Assembly: GCA_963785725.1 (NCBI GenBank)
Contig: CAWAWS010000002.1
Span: forward strand, 128,001 to 192,000
Source of the DNA: an uncultured delta proteobacterium
GTDB taxonomy: Bacteria; Myxococcota_A; Polyangia; Palsa-1104
Length of the DNA: 64,000 bases
Direction of reading: 5' to 3'
Translations under genes and position numbers: made by a program
Shown here: piece by piece, positions 30,129 through 41,426 of the stretch
Layout: every line of letters starts with the position of its first letter
Numbering within the stretch: the first letter of the stretch is position 1
The notes under the pieces: model-generated
What the model saw: only the letters and a program-made list of their open reading frames with translations
The model's database searches: none
What the model was told of the DNA's origin: nothing

Positions 30129-33100
30129 GCCGCGTCATTAAGCTGGGCCTCGGTCTGATCATGTTGGCGCTGGCGCTGTTCGGCGTGCGTCGGGAGCTGC
30201 GCGTGCACGCCTTCGTCGGCGCCGCCGGCGCCAGCTGCATCGGCAACATCAACCGCCTGACCAACCCGAGCGGCTTTTCGTCGACCGACTTCTCGTCGTC
30301 GACATCGGTCGTCGTGCCGTCGAGCACGGGGGCGATCTCGCTCGACACGAACCAGGTGCCGCTCAATCCGCAGCAGATCGTCCTGCCGTTCGCGCAGGAC
30401 GTCGACGTCAAGTACGTGTATCGCAACGCCGGCGCTTCGCACATGCTCGGTTGGTTCTATTACGACCAGCTGAAGACGGGCAGCAAGCCCTTCGTCATCA
30501 CCACCAACGGCGTCGACTCGCTCGCCGACTGGGACAACGACGGCATCCCCGACTGGTTCCAGACAGCGAAAGGCACGTCGCGGCCGCAGGACGGACTGTG
30601 GCACATCACCGGCAGCAACACCGTCCCCGATCTGGCCAACAGCGGCTACACGTACAAAGATCAGACGAGCTTCTATTACGGCCACGTTCCGCACGTACTC
30701 GAGCTCCTCTCGGGCGTCGCCAACTCGACGGTCGCCGCCGACCACGCGCAAGACTTCATCTTCAAGATTTGCGACGACGACACCGACACGGCGTCGTGGC
30801 CGAGCGGCGCCGGCTACACACCTACCGCCGACGTCATCGGCTCGACCACCGTCGTCAGCACCAACAACCCGACCGGCACCAACCCCGACGGCATCCCCGA
30901 CTACGACGTCAACAACGACGGCATCGCCGGCAACGAGGCGGACCGCGCGTACGATCTCGGCACCGTGCAGGGCAACCGCGAGATCGTCTTCTTCGCGGTT
31001 ACGTCTTACAGCTCGAATCTGCATCGCGCCGGCCTCGGCCTCACCGGCTCTGGCTCCGACATTCAGACCGACAGCCAGCCGTGGTTCACCAAGAACCTGC
31101 TCAACCCCGATCGCGGCGGCTACGCGCCGGGCACGGTGTTGCAGAAGCAGGCCATCGGTTGCTCGCGCGACGACAGCGTGTGCTATCTCGCGCAGGGTGC
31201 GACGCTCGGCTGGCTCGACGCGACGACCATCTCGCGCCTCAACACTGCGCCCTACAACTATTTGCACCTCGATAACACCGTCAACACGATCGCCGTCGGA
31301 TCCGATGGCTCGGTGCCCCACTTCGTCGTCAACGCGCCGTCGACCGACCCCAACCGTTGGATCATGGCGCTCGACGATCAGCCCGAATATCCCGGCGCTT
31401 CCGACTCGGACTACAACGACGTCGTCTTCTTGATCGAGCGCACCAACGGCGGTCTCGTCGTCTCGCAGAACCAGGTCAAGTCGACCGACATTCCCACGGG
31501 CTCGACGGCCAACGACTACATGATCTCGAAGATTCGCCTGCGTTTCTCGGCCACCTATCCGCTGCCGGGCTGCACCGCCGCCGCCAACGCCAACATCCAG
31601 TTCTACTGGAGCGTCGACAACGTCAACTGGTATCCGGCCGGCTTCCCGACCGCGGCCACGTCGGGCGACATCACGATCGACGTGCTCTCGCTCGGCATCA
31701 TCGGCCATCAGGTCTATTGGAAGGCCAACTTCATCTCGTCGTCGCAGTACTGCCAGCCGGTGCTCAACAGCATGAACGTCGGCTACGAGGCCCTGCAGCA
31801 CGGCGAATACAAGTTCGACTCGCCGGTGCCGGCGGCCAACGTCGTCTTCTCGGGCAGCCTCGAGACGTCGAGCTCGCAGTGGACGGTCACGCGCAACGAC
31901 TACCGCTCGCGCGGCCACTTCTACTCGTCGCAGCTGTTCAACCCGACGACGCTGCAGGATTCGTCGATCGTCAATTGGGACTCGGGCACGGTCATGAACT
32001 CGACGGCGTCGAGCTTGCGCCAAGGCATCTTCACCAACGTCAACGGCCTGTCGCTCTTGTGGAACGCCACCAACGGCTCGGCCGGCGCGGCGCCGACGCT
32101 GTACGGCAAGATCTTGAGCGCCAACGATCGCACGGCCAAGGCCAACGGCGCGCTCATCTTCGACTTCAACGGCGACGGCCTCACCAACGATCTCGACGCC
32201 GCCTACGTCATGGAGTGGACGCGCGGGCTCGAGTATCCGCAGAACCCGCCCACCGGCTCGACGACGACGACGGAGCGCGCCTGGAAGCTGGGCGCCATCC
32301 ACAACTCGTCGCCCGCGATCATCGGCACGCCCGGCCATCCGCCGTGGCTCGACGGCACCAACGCCGCGCTCGGCACGTTCAAGAACGCCTACAACGGCAC
32401 GAGCTGGCTCGGCGACGTCAACGGCGTCATGAAGCGGCGCACGGTGGCGATCATCGGCGCCCAAGACGGCATGCTGCACGGCTTCGACGCCGGCAACTTC
32501 CACAACTCCAACGAGCTCGTGTGCGCCACGCAGCAGACGCGGCTCGTGCGCGGCTGCTTCGCGCCCGACAACACCGGCGGCCCGCCCGACTACGGGACAG
32601 GAAAAGAAATATTTGCTTACATTCCGCCGACGCTCATCAACGCCATGAAGAACAACGTCGGCCCCGTCTTCGGCAACCCGACCTATCCCGAGGCCGAGGT
32701 GGACGGCTCGGTCGCCGTCGACGACGTCTATTACCAGCCGACGACGCCGGTCACCGGCAACCCGAAGAACACGTTCGTCACCGCCGCCTTCGCCAGCCTC
32801 GGCCAGCAGTGGAACTACATCACCGCCATCGGCTGGACGACGATGAATTACAGCGGCACGACGCCGGTCTCGACCTTGCCCTTCCCGCTGTGGACCAACG
32901 ATTGGACCGATCCCGACTATCGCGGCAGCGGCATGTCGCCCGCGACCGGCGTGGCCACGACGCCGAACGGCACGCGCTGGATCGTCATGACCAACTCCGG
33001 CCTCGCGCAGGCGGCGACCGAGGGCACCATCGACGAATATGCCTTCGTCATCGACGCCTCCAACGGCACGACGATCACCAACGGCAAGATCGCGCTCGAC

Positions 33101-33817
33101 GTCGCCAACCCGCCCTTGGCCTACGGCTTCGCCAGCTCCCCCAACCTCGTCGACTCGGACGGCGACGGCATCAACGACCGCGCCTACATGGTCGACACGT
33201 CGGGCCGCATCTTCCGCGTCAACTTGGGCAACCTGACCAAGTGCCAGATCGGCTCCACCGGTGAGCCGGTCTTCAGCGGCATGGCCATCAACGTCCTCAG
33301 CCCCAGCAAGGTGCAGCTGTTCCTCGGCGGCGGCGCCAACCCCGACGGCTCGAACCTGCCGGCCACGCCGTCGACGCTGCACATCTTCGCGCTCGAAGAC
33401 GACGATCCGGCGAGCGGCGCCACCTGCACGGCGGCGACGGTCGTCTACAAATACGCGACGCCGGGCAATCAGAGCACCTGGGCCACGCCGTTCGTCGCCG
33501 GCACCAGCGTCTACGTCGCGACGTCGAGCTCGACCGAAGAGGGCGTCTGCGCGACCGGCGCGGGCCAGCTCATCGGCCTCAGCACCACCGGCAACAACGC
33601 CACGACCAACCCGCAGCCGTCGTCGGTGACGACGCCGGTCCCCTTGAACAACGCGGCGGCGTCGTCGATCAGCGTCTACGACGGCCACGTCTTCCTCAAC
33701 GGCATCGCGCAGGAGACGGCCGTCATCGGCGCCTCCAACAGCTGGAACAACCTCCCGAGCGGCGCCGGCACCGGCAGCGGCGTCACGCTCGGCACGCTCC
33801 ACTGGACGGAGCAATGA
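30125..33817 (+). CDS. pilY1: PilY1 adhesin/priming protein with DUF4114-like N-terminal region
   Basis: Signal sequence; DSDYNDVVFLI; WKLGAIHNSSP, GAQDGMLHGFD, GKEIFAYIP, VDGS, DSDGDGINDRAY. Confidence 0.9.
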   Translation: MSRVIKLGLGLIMLALALFGVRRELRVHAFVGAAGASCIGNINRLTNPSGFSSTDFSSSTSVVVPSSTGAISLDTNQVPLNPQQIVLPFAQDVDVKYVYRNAGASHMLGWFYYDQLKTGSKPFVITTNGVDSLADWDNDGIPDWFQTAKGTSRPQDGLWHITGSNTVPDLANSGYTYKDQTSFYYGHVPHVLELLSGVANSTVAADHAQDFIFKICDDDTDTASWPSGAGYTPTADVIGSTTVVSTNNPTGTNPDGIPDYDVNNDGIAGNEADRAYDLGTVQGNREIVFFAVTSYSSNLHRAGLGLTGSGSDIQTDSQPWFTKNLLNPDRGGYAPGTVLQKQAIGCSRDDSVCYLAQGATLGWLDATTISRLNTAPYNYLHLDNTVNTIAVGSDGSVPHFVVNAPSTDPNRWIMALDDQPEYPGASDSDYNDVVFLIERTNGGLVVSQNQVKSTDIPTGSTANDYMISKIRLRFSATYPLPGCTAAANANIQFYWSVDNVNWYPAGFPTAATSGDITIDVLSLGIIGHQVYWKANFISSSQYCQPVLNSMNVGYEALQHGEYKFDSPVPAANVVFSGSLETSSSQWTVTRNDYRSRGHFYSSQLFNPTTLQDSSIVNWDSGTVMNSTASSLRQGIFTNVNGLSLLWNATNGSAGAAPTLYGKILSANDRTAKANGALIFDFNGDGLTNDLDAAYVMEWTRGLEYPQNPPTGSTTTTERAWKLGAIHNSSPAIIGTPGHPPWLDGTNAALGTFKNAYNGTSWLGDVNGVMKRRTVAIIGAQDGMLHGFDAGNFHNSNELVCATQQTRLVRGCFAPDNTGGPPDYGTGKEIFAYIPPTLINAMKNNVGPVFGNPTYPEAEVDGSVAVDDVYYQPTTPVTGNPKNTFVTAAFASLGQQWNYITAIGWTTMNYSGTTPVSTLPFPLWTNDWTDPDYRGSGMSPATGVATTPNGTRWIVMTNSGLAQAATEGTIDEYAFVIDASNGTTITNGKIALDVANPPLAYGFASSPNLVDSDGDGINDRAYMVDTSGRIFRVNLGNLTKCQIGSTGEPVFSGMAINVLSPSKVQLFLGGGANPDGSNLPATPSTLHIFALEDDDPASGATCTAATVVYKYATPGNQSTWATPFVAGTSVYVATSSSTEEGVCATGAGQLIGLSTTGNNATTNPQPSSVTTPVPLNNAAASSISVYDGHVFLNGIAQETAVIGASNSWNNLPSGAGTGSGVTLGTLHWTEQ

Positions 33818-34389
33818 TGCGCCGACGCCTTCGATCGCGCAGCCGCGGCACGACGCTCATCGAGATCCTCATCTCGCTCGGCGTCGTGCTCGTGGGCATG
33901 CTGGCGCTGTTTCGCACGCTCGGCACCGCGGTGACCGGCTCGATGACGGCGTCGCGCTTCAGCCAGGCGCAGCAGCGCGCCGTGCTCGTCATGGAGTCGA
34001 TTCGCAGCGCGCCCAAGCTGGCGATGACCTGCCTGCTCGGACAGCCGGACTCGTCGGGCTGGGTCAGCTGCGAGACGATCTGCAAGTCCACCAACACGAC
34101 CATCAAGCCGGACGCCTGCATGTACGTGACGCTGGCGCCGACACCGACGGCAGCGATGCAGCTATCGGACACGCAAGATGCCAACGGGCAGAACTACTTC
34201 GTGGTGCCGCAGCCCGGCTCGACGACGAGCACCTCGAAGCCGAAATCGATCGTCAAAGCCGCGGGCACCGACGGCTCGGTGTCCGAGATCCAAGTCGTCG
34301 TCGGCTGGCGCGACGACAACACGACGACCGGCGATCCCGATCACTCGATCGTGCTGCGCTCGGGCGTCTACGTTCCGGCGGGTCCATGA
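33814..34389 (+). CDS. pilV: Type IVa minor pilin PilV
   Basis: Prepilin motif RG/TTLIEILISL; position after pilY1. Confidence 0.78.
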   Translation: MMRRRLRSRSRGTTLIEILISLGVVLVGMLALFRTLGTAVTGSMTASRFSQAQQRAVLVMESIRSAPKLAMTCLLGQPDSSGWVSCETICKSTNTTIKPDACMYVTLAPTPTAAMQLSDTQDANGQNYFVVPQPGSTTSTSKPKSIVKAAGTDGSVSEIQVVVGWRDDNTTTGDPDHSIVLRSGVYVPAGP

Positions 34390-35600
34390 GACGGCGCGCG
34401 TTTGGCTTCACCCTCATCGAGCTCATGATCGCCATGGCGCTGGCCGGCCTCGTCGTCGCCGGCGCGCTGCAGCTGCACGCCTCGTTCGGCAAACAGACCG
34501 AGCGGCAGAGCGAAGTGGCCGAGATGCAGCAGAACTTGCGCGTGTCGATGCTCATCCTCGAGCGCGCCATTCGCAACGCCGGCTACGGCATTCCCGGCGG
34601 CATGCTGCCCGAGTCGTCGAGCAATCCGCCCAGCTGCAACAACAACGTCAAGCGCTTCCACTACGGCTTCGAGTGGTCGAACAGCAACACGTTCACCGAC
34701 CCGATGACCGTCGTGACCTGGGCCGCGAAGCCGGCGACCGCCACCGACGTCGATCCCGACTACTTCTGGGTCATGTATGCGGATGCGACGACGTCACCAA
34801 CGACGACGCCGATCTACGCCGCGGACGACAACCTCGCGGGCCTCACCACGATGACGACGGCGACGACGACGGCGCAGATGACCAACTTCGGCGTCCACGA
34901 CCTCTTCGTCATCCAGTTTCCGACGAACTCGACCTGCCCGAGCGGCCTCTGCTCGCTGCTCACGTTGCCTGTGGAGTCGACCGGCGATCTCAGTGACAGC
35001 AGCTCGCACTGCATCCGCGAGATCACCGCCGTCTCATCCGGCGGCACGGTCAAAACGCTGACGCATAACTTGTCGAGCGCCTCTTACTGCTTCAACGCGC
35101 CGGTCAGTAGCGATCCGTGCGCGGCGGGCATCCACTCCTTGGCGCCCGTCACGCTGCGCCATCTCGAGCCCGCCGTCACCGCTTATCGCGTCATGACCAC
35201 GAGCGACGCCAACAACAACTTCACCGGCGCCACGCCCAAGCTCACCTATCGCTACGCGCCGATGAACACCGGTTACAACGCCAACTGGAACGTCATCGCC
35301 GAGAACATCGACGACATGCAGATCGCCGTCATCACCAAAGCCGGCCTCGTCTGCAACCAAGCGAACGACCCGTCGTACAACCCGATCGACGCCAACAGCT
35401 GCGACATCACGACCGCTCAGGCCGTGCGCATCACGCTCGTGGCGCGCTCGTCGTCGAAGGCGGAGGGCGTCACCGTCGACACGACGCCGCTCGTCGAAGA
35501 TCGCGTGTCCGCCAACGACCCGACGGTCGTCGGCTACTTGCACCGCTCGCTGACGGCGGAGATCGAGCTGCGTAACATGGGAACGGACGCGACCCAATGA
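34386..35600 (+). CDS. pilW: Type IVa minor pilin PilW
   Basis: G/FTLIELMIAM; QQNLR...ERAIRNAGYG; IAENIDDMQI; AVRITLVARS; EIELRN. Confidence 0.85.
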   Translation: MRRRAFGFTLIELMIAMALAGLVVAGALQLHASFGKQTERQSEVAEMQQNLRVSMLILERAIRNAGYGIPGGMLPESSSNPPSCNNNVKRFHYGFEWSNSNTFTDPMTVVTWAAKPATATDVDPDYFWVMYADATTSPTTTPIYAADDNLAGLTTMTTATTTAQMTNFGVHDLFVIQFPTNSTCPSGLCSLLTLPVESTGDLSDSSSHCIREITAVSSGGTVKTLTHNLSSASYCFNAPVSSDPCAAGIHSLAPVTLRHLEPAVTAYRVMTTSDANNNFTGATPKLTYRYAPMNTGYNANWNVIAENIDDMQIAVITKAGLVCNQANDPSYNPIDANSCDITTAQAVRITLVARSSSKAEGVTVDTTPLVEDRVSANDPTVVGYLHRSLTAEIELRNMGTDATQ

Positions 35601-36256
35601 CCCGACGATCGCGCGCTTTCACCCTGGTCGAGCTGATGGTCGTCGTGGCGCTCATCGGCGTCATCGCCGCCATCGCCGTCGTCTCCATGCGCCGCACGCG
35701 CACCACCAGCGACTCCGACGCCTGGGCCAACACGCTGCGCAACATGGTCGCGCAAGCCCGCGCCCGCGCCATCTCGACCAAGCAGGTCTACATGATCGAC
35801 TTGCGCGCAACGCCGAAGGCCACGGCGCAGTGGTGCCAGGTCACGCAGGACGCGTCGACGACGTGCAGCCTGGTCCTGCCGAGCGGCTGCCCATCGCCGC
35901 CGACGACCTGTCCCAACGCGGCGACCGGCGCCGAGAACGGCGACATCGTCTACGCGCCCGCCGACGCCACCACCGACTCGACGTACAACGCGCCCGACAT
36001 CTGGCAGCCCGGCCAAACCTACGCCACCGTCTCGCATCCGACGACGACCGTGCCCGACCAGATCTACTTCGGCCCCACCGGAACCGTCGACGCGACTTAC
36101 CTCAACGTTTCCAGCCTTTCGGGCTTGGGCTTCACGATCTACGTCCGCGCCACCAACAACGTAGTCGGCACGACGACGACGCAGAATCAGATGCGGCGCC
36201 GGGTCGTCGTCTATGGACCGAGCGGTCGCGGCCGCATCATCGACAACTGGCAGTAA
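35597..36256 (+). CDS. fimU: Type IVa minor pilin FimU/FimT
   Basis: A/FTLVELMVVVALIG; QARARAI; FGPTG; VYGPSGR. Confidence 0.8.
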   Translation: MTRRSRAFTLVELMVVVALIGVIAAIAVVSMRRTRTTSDSDAWANTLRNMVAQARARAISTKQVYMIDLRATPKATAQWCQVTQDASTTCSLVLPSGCPSPPTTCPNAATGAENGDIVYAPADATTDSTYNAPDIWQPGQTYATVSHPTTTVPDQIYFGPTGTVDATYLNVSSLSGLGFTIYVRATNNVVGTTTTQNQMRRRVVVYGPSGRGRIIDNWQ

Positions 36257-36398
36257 ACCAACTCTCCCCGCTCCGCAAAAAATCCGAATGCGAGCCCGGC
36301 GACCACGCGCGTGGGCGCCCCGAGGCTGACGCGGGTTTTCGCGCTGATTTCGCACGCATTCGACCCCGTCGCCGACCGTGACCCGAGCAACAAATGAG

Positions 36399-36426
36399 TT
36401 GACAGAAACCAGTAAAAATTTATAGA
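36399..36426 (+). promoter_or_regulatory. Sigma70-like promoter of the act-cox operon
   Basis: TTGACA (36399-36404), 16-bp AT-rich spacer, TATAGA (36421-36426). Confidence 0.55.
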
Positions 36427-36449
36427 TGCGACGCAAAACGCGCCACGTC

Positions 36450-37130
36450 ATGAGACCACTCTTCCCACCTTGGTCGAACACAGTTATCCGAGTCGTGCTC
36501 GCGCTATTGGCTGGCGGCGCTGGCGGTGGCATCTTGCTACTGCTGCTCTACAAGCGCACACCGCTGTCCACTTCGCAGAACGAACCGGTCACCCAGCCCA
36601 TCGAGTTTGATCATCGCCACCATGTGGCAGATGACGGCATCGACTGCCGTTACTGCCACAACACGGTGGAGACGTCATCCTCGGCCGGGTACCCCGCCAC
36701 GAGCGTGTGCATGAACTGTCATGCACAGATCTGGAACCAGAGTCCGTATTTGGACTTTGTGCGCCAGAGCTACTTCTCGGGCAAGCCAATCGAGTGGAAG
36801 AAGGTCCACCGATTGCCGGACTTCGTCTACTTCAACCATTCGATCCATGTCGCCAAGGGCGTCGGCTGCGTCACTTGCCACGGCCGCGTCGACGAGATGG
36901 CCGAGATCCGCCAGGGTCCGAACCTCGAGATGAGCTGGTGCCTCGACTGCCATCGCGATCCGAAGCCGAACATTCGCCCGCATCAGTACATCACGGCGAT
37001 GGTCGAGCACGCGCCCGGTCAGGGAACGATCGACGCCAAGTCGAACGAGTCCGGGCTCGGCGCGGCGCAGGATCCGACGACGATGAGCGACGTCCACTCC
37101 CGCACGAGCTGCACCACGTGCCACCGATGA
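36450..37130 (+). CDS. actA: Alternative complex III pentaheme cytochrome ActA
   Basis: One TM plus five CxxCH (CRYCH, CMNCH, CVTCH, CLDCH, CTTCH); LPDFVYFNHS.H. Confidence 0.92.
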   Translation: MRPLFPPWSNTVIRVVLALLAGGAGGGILLLLLYKRTPLSTSQNEPVTQPIEFDHRHHVADDGIDCRYCHNTVETSSSAGYPATSVCMNCHAQIWNQSPYLDFVRQSYFSGKPIEWKKVHRLPDFVYFNHSIHVAKGVGCVTCHGRVDEMAEIRQGPNLEMSWCLDCHRDPKPNIRPHQYITAMVEHAPGQGTIDAKSNESGLGAAQDPTTMSDVHSRTSCTTCHR

Positions 37131-37139
37131 GCGAGCGCC

Positions 37140-40045
37140 ATGAGTAAACGAGTCCCCACGCCGCCCGTCGAGTCGCCCCTGTGGCGCACGACGGCCGAGC
37201 GCGACAATCACGAGGCCGCGCAGCGCGCCGTCGCCGAGGAATTTCCGGCGGGCGCCAGCGAGCTCGAAGGTAGCTCGCGTCGCGAGTTCATGCAGCTCGT
37301 CGGCGGCTCGCTGGCTTTGGCCGGCGTCGCCGGCACGATGGCCGGCTGCAAAGATCCGCCCGAGAAGATCCTGCCCTACAACCTCAAGCCCGAAGACATC
37401 ACGCCGGGCAAGCCGCTGCACTACGCGACGGCGCTCACGCATGCCGGTTACGCCACGGGCGTCCTCGTCACGGCGTGGGAAGGTCGGCCGACCAAGGTCG
37501 AGGGCAATCCCGAGCATCCGGTCTCGCGCGGCACGACCTCGACGCACGACCAGGCCGAGATCATGTCGCTGTACGACACCAACCGTGCCCGCTCGTTCAA
37601 GCAGAACGGCATGGGCGCGACGTGGATCGGCTTCGCGAAGACGGTCGAAGAGCACCTGAAGGCGCCGACTGTCGACGGTGGCGCCAAGCTGGCGTTCCTC
37701 GTCGAGCCGAGCGGCTCGCCGCTGCTCGCCTCGCTGCAGAAGAAGATCGCGACGGCGCTGCCGAAGGCGCGCTGGTTCGGTCACGCCGCGTTGACGATGA
37801 ACGACGCCTACGAAGGCGCGCGCATCGCGTTCGGCAAGCCGCTCGAGACGCAGCTCGACCTCTCGAAAACGCGCACCGTGGTCTCGCTCGACGCGGACTT
37901 CTTGGGCGCGTGGCCTTGGTACATTCAGCAGCAGCGTCAATGGGCCGCCTCGCGTAAGCCGGGCGGCAACATGAGCCGGCTCTACGTCGCCGAGGCGGCG
38001 CTGAGCTGCACGGGCGTCATGGCCGACCATCGCCTGCGCTCGCGCTCGGTCGACATCGCGACGGTTGCCCGCGCACTGCATCAAGCGGTGACGGGTGGCG
38101 CGAGCGATGCCGGCAACGCCAAGGCGACGGCGTGGGTCAAGACGGCGGCCAAGGATCTGCTCGCCGCCGGCAACGACGCCGTCGTCGTCGTCGGTCCGCG
38201 CCAGCCGGCCGTCGTGCACGCGCTCGGTCACGCCATCAACGCCGCGCTCAAGTCGACGGCCGTGCGCTACTCGGCGCCGGTGCTGCCGACCTACGAGCCG
38301 CTGTCGGCGCTGGTCGAGGCCGCCAAGGCGGGCAACGTCGACACGCTCGTCATCACGGCGTGGAACCCGGTCTACACCGCGCCGGCTGACATCGACCTCG
38401 CCAAGACGCTCAAGCAGATCCAGAACACGATCTATCTCGCGCCTTACGACGACGAGACGGCGCAGCGGGCGAGCTGGGTCATTCCGCGCGCCCACGAGCT
38501 CGAGACCTGGGGCGATGCCCGCGCGGTCGACGGCACGGTCACGATTCAGCAGCCGCTCATCCAGCCGCTCTACGACGGCAAGAGCGTCGCCGAGCTGTGG
38601 TCGACGTTCCTCGGTCTGGGCGGCGCCGGCGGCTATCGCTTGCTGCGCGACAGCTACGCGGCCGACGAGCTCAGCTTCCAGCGCCAGCTGCAGAAGGGCG
38701 TCGTCGACGGACGCCGCGGCGGCCGAGACCGGCGCGCTCGACGGCAACGCCGTCGTCGCCGCGGCCGGCAAGATCGCGGCGGCGAGCGGCCTCGAGCTCA
38801 ACCTCGTCCTCGACTACAAAGTCTTCGACGGTCGCTACGGCAACAACGTCTGGATGCAGGAGCTGCCGGATCCGGTCACCAAGCTGACCTGGGACAACGC
38901 GCTTCTGCTCTCGCCCGCGACGGTGAAGAAGCTGGGCCTCGGGCTCAACGCCTTCGCCGACGTCAAAGTGGGCGGCAAGACGATCACGCTCAACGTCCTG
39001 CCCGCGGTCGGTCACGCCGACGACAGCGCCACCATCGCCCTCGGCTACGGCCGCGGCGACGTCGCGGAAGAGAACGCCCGCTCCGTCGGCGCCGACGCGT
39101 ACCAGCTGCGCCAGGGCAACAGCTGGTTCGCCACCGGCGTCACCATCAGCGACAGCGGCAACAAAGCGCCGCACAAGCTGGCGTTGACGCAGGAGCATTG
39201 GAACCAGGAAGGCCGCCCGATCGCGCTCGAGGTCACCAACCGCGCGTTCGTCTCCAAGAAGCTGCCCATCGTCGAGGAGCAGGCCAAGCCGGTCGACTCC
39301 ATGTACGAGCCCCACAAGTACGAGGGCTTCAAGTGGGCGATGGCGATCGACCTCAACAAGTGCACGGGCTGCTCGGCCTGCGTCGTCGCTTGCCAGGCGG
39401 AGAACAACATCCCCGTCGTCGGTCGCGACCAGGTCGCTCGCTCGCGTGAGATGCACTGGATTCGCCTCGATCTCTACTTCAGCGGCGACGAGAACGACCC
39501 GACGTCCGTGCAGCCGCAGCCGATGTTGTGCGTGCACTGCGAGAAGGCTCCGTGCGAGTACGTCTGCCCGGTCAACGCGACGGTGCACTCGGACGAAGGC
39601 CTCAACGAGATGGTCTACAACCGCTGCATCGGCACGCGTTACTGCTCGAACAACTGCCCGTACAAGGTGCGTCGGTTCAACTTCCTCGACTACCACCCCG
39701 ACGTGCAGCCGGTCGCGCGCATGGCGATGAACCCCGACGTCACGGTCCGTAGCCGCGGTGTCATGGAGAAGTGCACCTACTGCGTGCAGCGCATCGAGCG
39801 CGTGCGCATCGAGGCGCGCGTCGCCGGCAAGCCCATCGCCGACGGCGACATCGTCACCGCCTGCCAGCAGGTGTGCCCGTCGCAGGCCATCAGCTTCGGC
39901 TCGTTGCACGACAAAGAAGCCGACTGTCTCGAAGCTGCACGAAGACCCGCGCTCCTACAACGTGCTGCACGATCTCGGCACTCGCCCGCGCACCGCTCAC
40001 ATGGCGCGCGTCAAGAACCAGAATCCGGAGCTGACCAATGGCTGA
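37140..40045 (+). CDS. actB: Alternative complex III ActB (molybdopterin-oxidoreductase-like plus Fe-S domain); apparent frameshifts near 38711 and 39925
   Basis: SRREF Tat motif, GRPTKVEGNPEHP, QELPDPVTKLTWDN, four Fe-S Cys clusters; spread over three frames. Confidence 0.9.
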
Positions 40046-41426
40046 GCCGGCACGCACGCTGCCCGCGGCGCTCATCCCCGAAGCGCTGATCGACGCCAAC
40101 GAAGAGCAGCAGTCCGATCTCGCGCTCACCGACAGCCTCTTCGCGCCGGTCTGGAAGCCGACGCTGAAGGGCTGGTGGATGCTGTTTCTCCCCTGCCTCG
40201 CCGGCGCCGGAATGCTGTTCTCGGCGATCGCCTACACGATCTGGAAGGGCATCGGCGTCTGGGGTAACAACATCCCGATCGCCTGGGCCTTCGGCATCAT
40301 CAACTTCGTCTGGTGGATCGGTATCGGTCACGCCGGCACGCTGATCTCGGCCATCTTGCTGCTCTTCCAGCAGAAGTGGCGCACGTCGATCAACCGCTTC
40401 TCCGAGGCCATGACGCTGTTCGCCGTCATGTGCGCCGGCTTGTACCCGGTCATCCACACCGGCCGTCCCTGGTTCGCGCTCTACTGGCTGTTCCCGTACC
40501 CGTCGACGCTCGGCATCTGGCCGCAGTTCCGCTCGCCGCTCATGTGGGACGTCTTCGCCGTCTCGACGTACCTCACGACGTCGCTCTTGTTCTGGTACCT
40601 CGGCCTCTTGCCCGACTTGGCGTCGCTGCGTGACCGCTCGACGAGCAAGACGGCGCAGCGCGTGTACGGCATCTTCTCGCTCGGCTGGCGCGGCGCCGGT
40701 CGCCACTGGCGCGACTACCAGTCGGCGTACGGCCTCTTGGCCGGCTTGGCGACGCCGCTCGTGCTCTCGGTCCACACGATCGTCTCCTTCGACTTCGCGG
40801 TGTCGCAGCTGCCCGGCTGGCACACGACGGTCTTCCCGCCCTACTTCGTCGCCGGCGCCGTGTTCTCCGGCTTCGCGATGGTCGTGACGCTGATCGTGCC
40901 CGCCCGTAAGTTCCTCGGCTTCGCGCACGTGGTCACGATGCGCCACCTCGAAGCGATGAACAAAGTCATCCTGGCGACGGGCTGGATCGTCGCCTACGGC
41001 TACTCGGTCGAGATCTTCAACGACTGGTACTCGGGCTCGGTCTACGAAGTCGGCCATCTCGGTCAGAAGATGACGGGCCCGTTCGCCTTCTTCTTCTGGT
41101 TCCAGATGTTCTGCAACGTGCTCGTACCGCAGATCTTCTGGTTCCGCTCGATGCGCCGCTCGCTCATCGTCATGTGGATCGCGGCCATCTTCGTCAACAT
41201 CGGCATGTGGCTCGAGCGCTTCAACATCATCGTCATCTCGCTGCACCGCGACTTCATCCCGGGCAGCTGGTCGATGTACGCGCCGACGGCCATCGATATC
41301 TCGCTGTTCGTCGGTACGCTCTGCTTCTTTGGCACGCTGTTCTTGCTGTTCCTGCGCTTCATCCCGTCGATTGCGGCGAGCGAAGTGAAGGAGCTGGCGC
41401 ACGAGATGAGGCATAAACATGGCTGA
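40038..41426 (+). CDS. actC: Alternative complex III ActC (NrfD-like)
   Basis: NFVWWIGIGHAGTLISAIL, HTGRPW, SPLMWD, TPLVLSVHT, GMWLERF. Confidence 0.95.
   Translation: MAEPARTLPAALIPEALIDANEEQQSDLALTDSLFAPVWKPTLKGWWMLFLPCLAGAGMLFSAIAYTIWKGIGVWGNNIPIAWAFGIINFVWWIGIGHAGTLISAILLLFQQKWRTSINRFSEAMTLFAVMCAGLYPVIHTGRPWFALYWLFPYPSTLGIWPQFRSPLMWDVFAVSTYLTTSLLFWYLGLLPDLASLRDRSTSKTAQRVYGIFSLGWRGAGRHWRDYQSAYGLLAGLATPLVLSVHTIVSFDFAVSQLPGWHTTVFPPYFVAGAVFSGFAMVVTLIVPARKFLGFAHVVTMRHLEAMNKVILATGWIVAYGYSVEIFNDWYSGSVYEVGHLGQKMTGPFAFFFWFQMFCNVLVPQIFWFRSMRRSLIVMWIAAIFVNIGMWLERFNIIVISLHRDFIPGSWSMYAPTAIDISLFVGTLCFFGTLFLLFLRFIPSIAASEVKELAHEMRHKHG

Noticed and set aside
29957..33814. 1285-aa antisense ORF opposite pilY1, and many similar long shadow ORFs
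   Set aside because: Typical of high-GC codon bias; no recognisable motifs, and the sense strand has clear ones
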